From Octopus vulgaris (taxonomy: Eukaryota), in NCBI GenBank assembly GCA_951406725.2, contig OX597819.1:111724001-111788000 (forward strand): a stretch of DNA of 64,000 nucleotides, written 5' to 3'. Position numbers and translations under genes: made by a program. The stretch's first letter is position 1. Every line of letters begins with the position of its first letter. Below the pieces are notes generated by a model, which saw only the letters and a list, made by a program, of their open reading frames with translations, ran no database searches and was not told the DNA's origin. Positions 27,231-39,210 of this stretch are shown here, piece after piece.

Positions 27231-28509
27231 CGAGGGACGTTCAATAAGTAATGCCCCTGACCCACTTGCATTTGTTTGATCTAGCTGAAATTTTGCATGT
27301 GCACTTATATATACCTCTATTGATGAAGTGACGAATTACAACTCTGAACTAATTGTGGTTCCTGATTTACAGGTGTTTGAACTGAGTCAAGTGTGAAATG
27401 GAGCCTGTTGAGTGTCGAGCAGTGATCTGATTTTTGTATTTGAAAGGACGCACACCACGGGAGACTTTTGATGAAATGAAAGTAACTTATGGTGATGATG
27501 CCCCATCATATGACCTTGTAAAACGCTGGCATCGTGAATTCAAACATGGTCGGAACTCTGCCGAAACAGCTCCCAGATCTGGTCGCCCCACTTCTGCCAT
27601 TGATGAAGCATCTGTCCGTCAAGTTGAGGCTGCCATTTTGGAAGGTCAACGCATAACTATTCGCCAAATACCCCATAAGGTCAAGATTAGTACCGGGTCT
27701 GTGGAAACTATCATTCATGACCATTTGCATATGCAAAAGGTGTCTGCCAGATGGATTTCCAGGTTGCTCACACCTTTCCAGAAGCAAGAACGCGTTGAGT
27801 GCTCGAGGATGAATTTGGAGTTGTGCCAAGAAGATGAGTCAAAATTTTTAAAAAGACTGATCACACAGGATAAAACTTGGGTCCATCACTATGATCCATA
27901 GACCAAAGCCCAGTCAATGCAGTGAAAGCACCGTGACTCACCTCCTCCAAAGAAGGCAAGGGTGCAGCCCTCCGCTGACAAGGTTATGCTCACAGTCTTC
28001 TCGGACCAGGACGGAGTAGTGATGACAGATTTCCTGGCAAAGGGTACCACAATTACAGGAGCCTATTATGCTTCACTTTTGAGGAAATTAAGAGAAGCTA
28101 TCAAAATCAAGAGGCGGGGGCAAGATCAGCAAAGGCATCCTCCTCTTGCAGGACAACGCTCCGGTCCACAACTCGCTTGTCGCCAGATCAGAAGCACAGG
28201 CGTGCAGCTATGAACTCACACCCTCCCCCCTTGCACCCTCTGATTTTCACCTCTTCCCAACCATGAAGTTGATTTTGAAAGGAAAGCGTTTCCCAGATGA
28301 TGCAGCCTTGATTTCTGAAGTCACGTCGTGGTTGGAGGACGAAGCTGGGGTCTTCTACAAAAACGGTCTCCAGAGCTGTATCAAACGATGGGAGAAATGC
28401 ATAACTCTGGATAGTTCCTATGTAGGAAAAGATTAATAACTGTGCCAAGTGTCGTTGCTCTACTGCTATGGGAAGTGGGTCAGGGGCATTACTTATTGAA
28501 CGCACCTCG
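27231..28509 (+). mobile_element. Full-length (1279 bp) inactive mariner transposon
   Basis: 37-bp TIRs CGAGG(GA/TG)CGTTCAATAAGTAATGCCCCTGACCCACTT with two mismatches. TA duplications at 27229-27230 and 28510-28511. Confidence 0.95.
27398..28436 (+). pseudogene. Mariner transposase pseudogene
   Basis: MEPVECRAVI*FLYLKG..., SGRP, ARWISRLL, TQDKTWVHHYDP*, QDNAPVH, LAPSDFHLF. Has in-frame stops, a frameshift and a deletion before the last catalytic D. Confidence 0.9.
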
Positions 28510-28769
28510 TAGGAAGAACAGGATTCCAGTCAGGACATTTTGTATCAGATTCAAGCATAGTGTAGCTACAGCCATAGTATTTGAGCGATGTAATTTCAGA
28601 TTTAGCTGTCAGTTAATTCACAGAGATAAACTGAGAAGTACACGAGTTCCCTGTTGACTGAACAGTAGTAATTTTTCATAGTTGGTGCAGTATGAAATAA
28701 ATATCAAAAAAAGTATAGATATTTTTTTTTCTAAAATGAAAAAGAGAAACACATTCATGTCTACTTTCT

Positions 28770-28841
28770 TAGCAGAGCGTAGTTTCGATCTACGGACCTT
28801 TGGGTTATGGGTCCAGCACGCTCCCACTGCGCCACTCTGCT
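28770..28841 (-). pseudogene. iMet tRNA copy with two anticodon-stem mismatches
   Basis: G31->A and G43->A relative to consensus. Confidence 0.7.
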
Positions 28842-29004
28842 GTCGATTTATAAAAGGCAGACATTCATTATTTATAGCATAAACCAATATGTTATAATTG
28901 AGTAATTTGGGAAATTATTGTGAACTGTGATTATCTAGGTTATTAGTAGATTAAGTCAAATCTCTAATTAAACAGAAAAACAATGAACAGTGTGTGTGTG
29001 TGTA

Positions 29005-29035
<31 letters not shown>

Positions 29036-30184
29036 ACTGGAGTTGATCTCTTCGGTGTTATGGGCACAGCACGCTCCCACTTCGTTGATCTACTTGATAC
29101 AGTTGAAGGTTGAAGACTGGATTCTGTAAAATTTGGAATTTCCATTATTTAAAGTATTCCTGTTTATATAAATTACCAAAATATTCTCATTTTAGCGACA
29201 ATGATTTTATATTTCCACAAATTATGAGAGTATCAGCAGATATATAAAATAGCTCAGTATGGGAATGTTAAACGAATGATTTAATGGGCCTCAACTCAAC
29301 CTCAAGTTTCGGGACGATGAGGAAAATCTCTTTGACTCGGGAAATTATTTCTAATCAAAATTTGTATAGTTTGTGCCTTACTTAGAGACGGCGATAGAAA
29401 AATGTGTTTCTCTTGCATATACATCGACGCACAATCAACATAATTTGGAGTTAATCATTTCATTGTTTTTCTTTTTAAACTCTGCTAGAGATTCACTTAG
29501 TCTACTAATAACCTAGATAGTCGCAGTTCATAAAAGTTTCCCAAATTACTCAATTATTACATATTGGTTTATGTTTTAAATAATTAATGTCTGCCGTTTA
29601 TAAATCGACAGCGGAATGTCGCAGTAGGACATTGCTAGGTCCATAACATAGAGGTACGTATTTCGAAACTACGCTCTGCTATATAGTTGTTAGCTTTTAA
29701 AATTTTTATTACAAATTCCATAACCAATACATCTTTTGTTTTAGTCACTGCACTGCGTCCATGCTGGGGTACGGTTCTTGAATTATTGTTTTTTTTTTTT
29801 TTTAATCGAATAGATCGATTCCATTACAAACACACACGCACACACACATATACATCATACCCGCTAGAGTTGTCAAGAGAAGAGTGACGCAATGAGAGCG
29901 TGCTGGGCCTAGAACGCTGAACAGATCAACTCCATTACGCACAGACAGACAGACATACACACACACACACACATACACACCCATACACACACATATAGAC
30001 AAAAATCAAAAAGACAAGAGTAATAAACATTGAAATTTAACCATCTTGATTATGCTTCCAGCCTTGAAGAGGTTTTAGTTTACTAATTTCCAGTTACCAA
30101 AGTTATCCAACTCAGAACATTTACTGTTGTATGAACTCGCAACTTGTCCCTCAAATCACTATTATGATCAACTAGTAAAGCGTT

Positions 30185-30256
30185 AGCAGAGTAACGCCGT
30201 GGGAGCGTGCTGGGCCCATAACCAAGAGGTCCGTAGATCGAAACTACGCTCTGCTA
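30185..30256 (+). pseudogene. iMet tRNA pseudogene, 4 substitutions
   Basis: A-box damaged (GTAACGCCGTGG) and C41->A. Confidence 0.75.
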
Positions 30257-30880
30257 AGAAAATAGTCATGAATACGTATCTCTTAATTTTAGAAAAAATT
30301 TTTTTTTTGAAGAGAATCTTTAACTAAAGAAAATATCTATGCTTTTTTTAATATTTATTTCATACTGCACCAACTATGAAAAATTACTAGTGTTCAGTTA
30401 ACAGGATACTCGTGTACTTTTCAGTTTATCTCTGTGAATTAACTGACAGCTAAATCTGAAATTTCATGGCTCAAATAGTATGGCTGTAGCTACACTGTTT
30501 GAATCTGATACAAATGGTCTCGACTGGAATCCTGTTTTTCGTAGGTCTGCTTGATACATTTCTTCAACCTTCAACTGTATCAAGCAGACCTACGTAAAAC
30601 AGGATTCCAGTCGGAACCATTTGTATCAGATTCAAGCATAGAGTAGCTACAGCCATACTATTTGAGACATGTAAATTCAGATTTAGCTGTCAGTTAATTC
30701 ACAGAGATAAACTGAAAACTAGACGACTCGCCTGTTAATTGGACACTAGTAATTTTTCATGCTTGGTGCAGCATGAAATAAATATCAAAAAAGCATAGAT
30801 AATTTCTTTAGTTAAGGATTCTCTTTAAAATTTTATCTTTCTAAAATGAAAAAGAGATACCTATTCATGCCTACTTTTTT

Positions 30881-30952
30881 TAGCAGAGCATAGTTTCGAT
30901 CTACGGACCTCTGGGTTATGGGACCAGCACGCTCCCACTGCGCCACTCTGCT
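30881..30952 (-). pseudogene. iMet tRNA variant, 2 substitutions
   Basis: G31->T and C64->T. Confidence 0.65.
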
Positions 30953-31311
30953 AACGTTCTATTAACTGATCATAATAGTGATTTGAGGCACAACTTGCTA
31001 GTTCATACAAGAGTAAAAGTTCTGAGCTGGAAAACTTTGGTAACTGGAAATTAGTAAACTAAGACCTCATCAACGATGGAAGCATAATCAAAGTGGCTAA
31101 CTTAAATATCGCTGTTTATTATTCTCTTCTTTCTGATTTTTGTCTATATGTGTGTATGTGTGTGTGTGTTAGTGTAAAGGAATCGATCTGTCCGACTAAA
31201 AGAACAACAATTCAAGAACCGTACCCCAGAATGGTTGCAGTGCAGTGACTAAAACAGAACATGTATTGCTTATGGAATTTGTAATAAAATATTTTAAAAG
31301 TAACAGCTGTA

Positions 31312-31384
31312 TTGCAGAGCGTAGTTTCGATCTACGGACCTCTGGGTTATTGGGCCCAGCACGCTCCCACAGCGCCACTCTGCT
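31312..31384 (-). pseudogene. iMet tRNA copy with 8-nt anticodon loop
   Basis: CTGGG-CCCAATAA-CCCAG. Also A14->T and a broken 1-72 pair. Confidence 0.7.
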
Positions 31385-31569
31385 TACGCGGCTGCATTTG
31401 ATGATACTAATGATTTGAGGCAAATGCGAGTTCATACAACAGTAATTGTTCTGAGCTGGAAAAATTTGGTAACTGGAAATTAAGAAAACTAAAACAAACT
31501 CAAGACAAGAAGCTTAATTAAGTTGGCTAACTTAGATTTCACTGTTTATTACTCTTTTCTTACTGATTT

Positions 31570-31604
<35 letters not shown>

Positions 31605-33000
31605 TGTATGTCTGTGTGTGTGTGTGTGTGTGTCTGTCTGTCTGTCTGTGTGTAATTGAGTTGGTCTGTTCGGCGTTCTAGGCCCAGCACGCTCTCATTG
31701 CGTCAATCTTCTGTTGACAACTCTAGCGGGAATAATGTATATGTGTGTGTGTGCGTGTGTGTTTGTGATGGAATCGATCTGTTCGACTAAAAAAACAATA
31801 ATTCAAGAACCGTACCCCAGAATGGACGCAGTGCAGGGAGTAAAACAAAAGATGTGTTGCTTATGGAATTTGTAATAAAAATATTTAAAAACTAACTGCT
31901 GTATAGCAGAGCGTAGTTTCGAACTACGTACATCTATGTTATGGACCTAGCATGTTCCCATTGTTCCATTCTGCTGCCAAATTCCTAGTGGCAGATATTC
32001 ATTATTTATAACATTAACCAATATGTTATAATTGAGTAATTTGGGAAACTTTTATGAACTGCGACTATCTAGGTTATTAGTAGATTAAGTCAATCTCTAG
32101 CAGAGTTTAAAAAGAAAAACAATGAAATGAGTAACTCCAAATTATGTTGATTGTGCGTCGATGTATATGCAACAGAAACACATTTTTCTATCGCCGTCTC
32201 TAAGTAAGTCACAAACTATACAAATTTTGATTAGAAATAATTTCACGAGTCAAAGAGATTTTCATCATCGTCCCGAAACTTGAGATTGTGCTGGGGACCA
32301 TTAGATCTTTCGTTTCACGTTCTCATACTGAGCTATTTTGTATATCTGTTGAATCTTTCGTAAGTTGTGGAAATATAAAATCATTGTCGCTAGAATGAGA
32401 ATATTTTGTTAATTTATATCAACAGAAATGCTTTATATAATGTGTACAGAAACATTTATTCAAATTAAATTTTACAGAATCCAGTCTTCAATCTTCAACT
32501 GTATCTAGCAGACCTAGGAAGAACAGGATTCCAGTCGGGACCTTTTGTATGAGATTCAAACATAGTGTAGCTACAGCAATATTTTTTGAGCGATGTAATT
32601 TCAGATTTAGCTGTCAGTTAATTCACAAAGATAAATTGAAAAGTACACGAGTTCCCTGTTAACTGGAAACTAGTAACATTTCATGTTTGGTGCTGTATGA
32701 AATAAATATCAAAAACAGTATAGATATTTTTTTTTCTAAAATGAAAAAGAGAAACACATTCTTGTCCACTTGTGTGAGATTCAAACATAGTGTAGCTACA
32801 GCTATATTATTTGAGCGATGTAATTTTAGATTTAGCTGTCAGTTAATTCACAGAGATAAACTAAATACTAGGCGAGTTCCCTGTTAACTGGACACTAGTA
32901 ATTTTTCTTAGTTGGGGCAGTATGAAATAAATATCAAAAACAGTATAGATATATTTTTTTTCTAAAATGAGAAAGAGAAACTAATTCTTGCCTACTTTCA

Positions 33001-33072
33001 TAGCAGAGCGTAGTTTTGATCTACGGACCTCTGGGTTATGGGCCCAGCACGCTCCCACTGCGCCACTCTGCT
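33001..33072 (-). tRNA. tRNA-iMet-CAT: tRNA-iMet(CAT), one T-loop purine change
   Basis: Only G57->A relative to consensus. Confidence 0.8.
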
Positions 33073-33490
33073 GTCGATTTGTAACAGGCAGACATTAATT
33101 ATTTATAGCATAAACCAATATGTTACAATTGAGAAATTTGGGAAACTATTTTGAACTGTGACTATCTAGGGTATTAGTAGATTAAGTTAAACAGAAAAAC
33201 AATGAAATGGGTAACTCCAAATGATGTTGATTCTACGTCGATATATACACACAGACAGACAGACATACAGACACACACACACACACACACACACAAATAC
33301 ACATATAGACAAAAATCAAAAAGAAAAGAGTAATAAACAGTGAAATTTAAGTTAACCACCTTGATTATGCTTCCAACCTTCAGGAGGTTTTAGTTTACTA
33401 ATTTCCAGTTACCCAGCTCAGAACTTTTACAGTTGTATGACTTCGTAACTAGTGCCTCAAATCATTATTATCATCAATTTTAAAATCGTA

Positions 33491-33548
33491 AGCAGAGTGG
33501 CGCAGTGGGAGCGTGCTGGGCCCATAACCCAGAAACTACGCTCTGCTA
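33491..33548 (+). pseudogene. iMet tRNA with 14-nt internal deletion
   Basis: CCCAGA joined to AACTACG, so the variable loop and half of the T-arm are lost. Same flanks as 24735. Confidence 0.85.
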
Positions 33549-35455
33549 TATTGTTACTAATTTTTGAATGTTTTATTACAAATTCCATAAGCAATACAAC
33601 TCTTTTAGTCCCTGCACTGCGTCCATTCTGGGGTACGATTCTTGAATAATTTTTTTATCGACCGGATCGATTCCATTACACACACACACACACACACACA
33701 AGAACACACACATATTATTCCCGCCACAGTTGTCAACAGCAGAGTGATGCAGTGGGAGCGTTCTGGGCCCATAACGCCGAACAGATCAGTTCCATTACAC
33801 ACGCGCATATAGATAAAAATCAAAAAGAAAAGAGTAATAAACAGTGAAATTTAAGTTATCCACCTTGATTATGTTTCCAGGCTTGAGAAAGTTTTAGTTT
33901 ATGAATTTCCAGTTACCGAAGTTTTCCAGCTCAGAACTTTTACTGTTGTATGACCTCACAACTTGTGCCTCAAATCATTATCATCATCAATTAGTAAAAC
34001 GTTAGCAGAGTGGCGCATTGGGAGCGTGTTGGGCCCATAACCCAGAGATCCGTAGATCGAGACTATGCTCTGCTTAGAAATAAGGCATGAATAGTTTTCA
34101 GTTTACCTCTGTGAATTAACTGACTGCTCGTTGATCTACTTGATACAGTTGAAGGTATCTCTTTTTCATTTTAGAAAAAAAAAAAATTTTTGGAGAGAAT
34201 CCTTAACTAAAGAACATATCTGTACTTTTTTTTTATATTTCTTTCATACTGCACCAAACATGAAAAATTACTAGTGTCCAGTTAACAGGAAACTCGTGTA
34301 CCTTTCAGTTTATCTCTGTGAATTAACTGACAGCTAAATCTGAAATTACATGGCTCAAATAGTATGGCTGTAGCTACAATATTTTTGAATCTGATACAAA
34401 TGGTCCCAACTGGAATCCTGTTTTTCGTAGGTCTGCTTGATATAGTTGAAGGTTGAAGAACTGTATCAAGCAGATCTACAAAAAACAGGATTCCAGTCGG
34501 GACATTTTGTATCAGATTCAAAAATAGTGTAGTACAGCCATACTATTTGAGCCATGTAATTTCAGATTTTGCTGTCAGTTAATTCACAGAGACAAACTGA
34601 AAACTTGACGAGTTCCCTGTTAACTGGACACTAGTAATTTTTCATAATTGGTGCAGTATAAAAATAAATATTAAAAAAAGTATAGATATTTTCTTTAGTT
34701 AAGGATTTTCTTAAAAAAAATTTTTTTTTTTTTCAGTTATGAAAAAGAGATACGTATTCATGCCTATTTTCTTAGCAGAGCGTAGTTTCGATTTACGGGG
34801 CTCAGTAATGGGTAACTCCAAATAATGTTGATTCTGCGTCGATGTATACGCAATACAAACATACTTATCTACCGCTGTCTCTAAGTAAGTCACAAACTAT
34901 ACAGATTTTGATTAGAAATAATTTCACAAGCCAAAGAGATTCTCATGATCATACCGAAACTTGAGGTTGTGCTGGGGACCATAACAATCTTCCGTTTAAC
35001 GTTCTCATACTGAGATATTTCGTATATCTGCTGATTCTTTCGTAAGTTGTGGAAATATAAAATCATTGTTGCTAAAATGAGAATATTTTGTTAATTTATA
35101 TCAACAGAAATACTATAAAAAATGTGTAGAGAAATATTTATTCAAATTAAATTTCACAGAATCCAGTCATCAACCTTCAATTGTATCAAGCAGACCTAAG
35201 AAAAACAGGATTCTTGTCGGGACCATTTGTATCAGATTCAAACATAGTGTAGCTACAGCCATATTATTTGAGCGATGTAATTTCAGATTTAGCTGTCATT
35301 TAATTCACAGAGATAAACTGAAAAGTACACGAGTTCCCTGTTAACTGGTCACTAGTAACTTTTCATGCTTGGTGCAGTATGAAACAAATATCAAACAAAG
35401 TATAGATATTTTTTTTCTAAAATGAAAAAGAGAAACACATTCTTTCCTACTTTCT

Positions 35456-35530
35456 TAGCAGAGCGTAGTTTCGATCTACGGACCACCTCTGGGTTATGGG
35501 CCCAGCACGCTCCCACTGCGCCACTCTGCT
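35456..35530 (-). tRNA. tRNA-iMet(CAT) with 3-nt variable-loop duplication
   Basis: GAGGTGGTCCG instead of GAGGTCCG, otherwise consensus. Confidence 0.55.
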
Positions 35531-36541
35531 GTCGATTTATAGGCGGCAGACATTAACTATTTATAGCATAAACCAATATGTTATAATTGAGTAATTTGGG
35601 AAACTATTTTGAACTGCGACTATCTAGGGTATTAGTAGATTAAGTCAAATCTCTAGTTAAACATAAAAACAATGAAATGGGTAATAATGTTGATTCTGCG
35701 TCGATATATACGCAATCCAGTCGGGACCTTTTGTTTGAGATTCAAACATGTAGCTACAGCCATACTATTTGAGCCATGTAATTTCAGATTTAGCTGTCAT
35801 TTAATTCACAGAGATAAATTGAAAACCAGACGAGTTCCATGTTAGCTGGACACTAGTAAGTTTTCATAGTTGGTGCAGTATGAAATAAATATCATAAAAT
35901 GTATAGATAGTTAAGGATTTTCTTCAAATAAAACAAAATATATATATTGTTTTTGCATCAAAATTCCGAGATGCAGCACGGAATTTTGTCAGTGAACAGT
36001 TCGCGGTCTAAAGGCGACGAAAATATTTTGACAAATTAAATTTAAATATTGACGTGAATCTAACGGGTTTTGTGTTTCTTAAATGGCTTATAAACACCTT
36101 CCACGCTGCAATTGCTTTCGTTCCAGCACACGATCTCAGATCAGGTCACTTGTTATGCAAATACATCTCCGTAATTCCGAAAGCTTGAAACAGGCTACAA
36201 AACTCTGAGGAAAGCCGCTACTTGTTGCTTGATAAAAATAACAGCTAAGCAACAGCTTCATTTCATTTTATTTTTTATTTTTCTAAAATGAAAAAGAGAT
36301 ACGTATTCATGCCTACTTTCTTAGCAGAGCGTAGTTTCGATCTACGGAACTCAGGGTTATGGATCCAGCACGTTCCCACTGCGCCACTCTGCTTACGCTT
36401 TACAAGTTGATGATAATGGAAAACTTGGGTAACTTGGAATTAGTATACTAAAGCCTCCTCAAGGTTGAAAACATAAGTAAGGTGGATAACTTAAATTTCA
36501 CTGTTTATTACTCTTTTTTTTTTTTTTTAGTGATTTTTGTC

Positions 36542-36583
<42 letters not shown>

Positions 36584-36829
36584 TGTAATGGAGTTGATCT
36601 GTTCATTGTTATGGGCACAGCACGCTCCCACTTCGTCAATCTGCTGTTGACAGCACTAGCGGGAATAGTATATGCGTCTGTGTATGTGTAATGGAATCGA
36701 TCTGTTCGATTAAAAAAAAAAACAATAATTCATGAACCGTACCCCAGCATGGACGCAGTGCAGTGAATAAAACAAAAGATGTATTGCTTATGGAATTTGT
36801 AGTAAAACATTTAAAAGCTAAAAACTATA

Positions 36830-37009
36830 TAGCAGAACGTAGTTTGAAAATAAGTACCCCTAAGGTATGGGCTCAGCACCTTCCCACTGCGACATTCCGC
36901 TGTCGATTTATAAACGGCAAAACACTAGAAATTCGACAGCAGAATGACGTAGTGGGAAGGTGCTGGGTCCATAGCGTAGAGGTACTTATTTTGAAACTAC
37001 GCTCTGCTA
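36830..37009. pseudogene. Second head-to-head pair of decayed iMet pseudogenes
   Basis: 36830-36901 minus and 36938-37009 plus. Confidence 0.8.
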
Positions 37010-37251
37010 TACAGTTGTTAGCTTTTAAATGTTTTTATTACAAATTCCATAACCAATACATCTTTTGTTTTAGTCCCTGCACTGCGTCCATGTTGGGGTA
37101 CGGTTCTTGAATTATTGTGTTTTAGTCGAACAGATCGATTCCTTTACACACACACACGCACACTTACATATATTATTCCCGCTACAGTTGTCGACAGTAG
37201 AGTGATGCAGTGGGGTCGTGCTGGGCCCGTAACGCCGAACAGATCAACCCC

Positions 37252-37288
<37 letters not shown>

Positions 37289-37467
37289 AAATAAAGTGTA
37301 ATAAACAGTGAAATTTAAGTTTTCCACCTTGCCTATGCTTCCAGCTTTGATGAAGTTTTAGTTTATTAATTTCCAGTTACCAAAGTTTTCCAGCTAAGAA
37401 CTTTTACAGTTGTATGACTTCGCAACTTGTGCCTCAAATCATTATTATCATCAATTTCCAAATCGTA

Positions 37468-37539
37468 AGCAGAGTGGCGCAGTGGGAGCGTGCTGGGCCC
37501 ATAACCCACAGGTCCGTAGATCGAAACTACGCTCTGCTA
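37468..37539 (+). tRNA. tRNA-iMet-CAT: tRNA-iMet(CAT), one substitution
   Basis: G43->C breaks the top anticodon-stem pair. Confidence 0.65.
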
Positions 37540-38172
37540 AGAAAATAGGCATGAATACGTATCTCTTTTTCATTTTAGAAAAAAAAATTTTTTTGAAGAG
37601 AATCTTTAACTAAAGAAAATATCTATGCTTTTTTAAATATTTATTTCATACTGCATCAACTATGAAAAATTACTAGTGTCCAGTTAACAGGAAACTCGTG
37701 TACTTTTCAGTTTATCTCTGTGAATTAACTGACAGCTAAATCTGAAATTGCATGGCTCAAATAGTATGGCTGTAGCTACACTGTTTAAATCTGATACAAA
37801 TGGTCCCGAGTGGAATCCTGTTTTTCGTAGGTCTGCTTGATACAGTTGAAGGTTAAAGAACTGTATCAAGCAGATCTACAAAAAACAGGATTCCAGTCGG
37901 GTAATTTTGTATCAGATTCAAACATAGTGTAGCTACAGCCATACTATTTGAGCCATGCAATTTCAGATTTAGCTGTCAGTTAATTCACAGAGATAAACTG
38001 AAAAGTACACGAGTTTCCTGTTAACTGGACACTAGTAATTTTTCATGCTTGGTGCAGTATGAAATAAATATAAAAAAAAAGCATAGATATTTTCTTTAGT
38101 TAAGGATTCTCTTCAAAAAAAATTTATTTTTTCTAAAATGAAAAAATACATACGTATTCATGCCTACGTTCT

Positions 38173-38244
38173 TAGCAGAGCGTAGTTTCGATCTACGGAC
38201 CTCTGGGTTATGGGCCCAGCACGCTCCCACTGCGCCACTCTGCT
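38173..38244 (-). tRNA. tRNA-iMet-CAT: tRNA-iMet(CAT), intact
   Basis: Identical to consensus. Confidence 0.95.
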
Positions 38245-38435
38245 AACGTTTTGATAACTGATCATAATAGTGATTTGAGGCACAAGTTGCGAGTTCATAC
38301 AACAGTAAAGTTCTGAGCTGGAAAACTTTGGTAACTGGAAATTAGTAAACTAAAACCTCATCAAGGCTGGAAACATAAGGAAGGTGGATAACTTAAATTT
38401 CACTGTTTAATACTCTTTTCTTTCTGATTTTTGTC

Positions 38436-38475
<40 letters not shown>

Positions 38476-38614
38476 TTTAAAGGAATCGATCTGTTCGACT
38501 AAAACACAATAATTCGAGAACCGTACCCCATAATGGACGCAGTGCAGGGACTAAAACAGAAGCTGTATTGCTTATGGAATTTGTAATAAAAACATTTAAA
38601 AACTAACAACTATA

Positions 38615-38686
38615 TAGCAGACGATAGTTTCGATCTACGGACCTCTGGGTTACGGACCCGGTACGCCCCCACTGCGTCACTCTATT
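38615..38686 (-). pseudogene. Decayed iMet pseudogene
   Basis: T-arm intact, with many changes elsewhere including the anticodon. Confidence 0.75.
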
Positions 38687-38868
38687 GTCGACAAACGTTG
38701 AGGGAATACTATATATGTGTGTGTGTGTGTTTAATGGAATCGATCTGTTCGACAGAAAAACGATAATTCAAGAACCGTACCCCAGAATGGACGCAGTGCA
38801 GGGACTAAAACAGAAGATGTATTGCTTATGGAATTTGCAATAAAAACATTTAAAAATTGAAAACTATA

Positions 38869-38940
38869 TAGCAGAGCGTAGTTTCGATCTACGGACCTCT
38901 GGGTTATGGGCCCAGCACGCTCCCACTGCGCCACTCTGCT
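38869..38940 (-). tRNA. tRNA-iMet-CAT: tRNA-iMet(CAT), intact
   Basis: Identical to consensus. Confidence 0.95.
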
Positions 38941-39121
38941 TACACTGTGGTAGTTGATGATATTAATGATTTGAGGCAAATGCGAGGTCATACGACAGTA
39001 ATTGTTCTGATCTGGAAAACTTTGGTAACTGGAAATTAATAAACTAAAACCTCATCAAGACTGGAAGCTTAAGCAAGGTGGCTAACTTATATTTCACTGT
39101 TTATTACTCTTTTCTTTCTGA

Positions 39122-39155
<34 letters not shown>

Positions 39156-39210
39156 TTTATTTATTTATTTGTGTTTGTGTCCGTAAGACTTGGTTTTACG
39201 TTTATGCATA

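Larger units (their letters stand above)
18730..39150. repeat. Initiator tRNA-Met gene array with shared spacer modules in direct and inverted orientation
   Basis: More than 30 intact, variant or fragmentary iMet copies embedded in recurring spacer blocks such as TTTCAGATTTAGCTGTCAGTTAATTCACAGAGATAAA and CTTCAACCTTCAACTGTATCAAGCAGACC. Confidence 0.95.

Noticed and set aside
18963-38940. Elongator tRNA-Met or tRNA-derived SINE interpretation of the array
   Set aside because: A1-U72, C33, the GGG/CCC anticodon stem and the GATCG T-loop define the initiator, and homology covers the whole cloverleaf with no SINE tail or TSDs.
18730-39150. CRISPR-like repeat-spacer array
   Set aside because: The repeats are 72-nt tRNA genes in both orientations with homologous spacers, in eukaryotic DNA with no cas genes.
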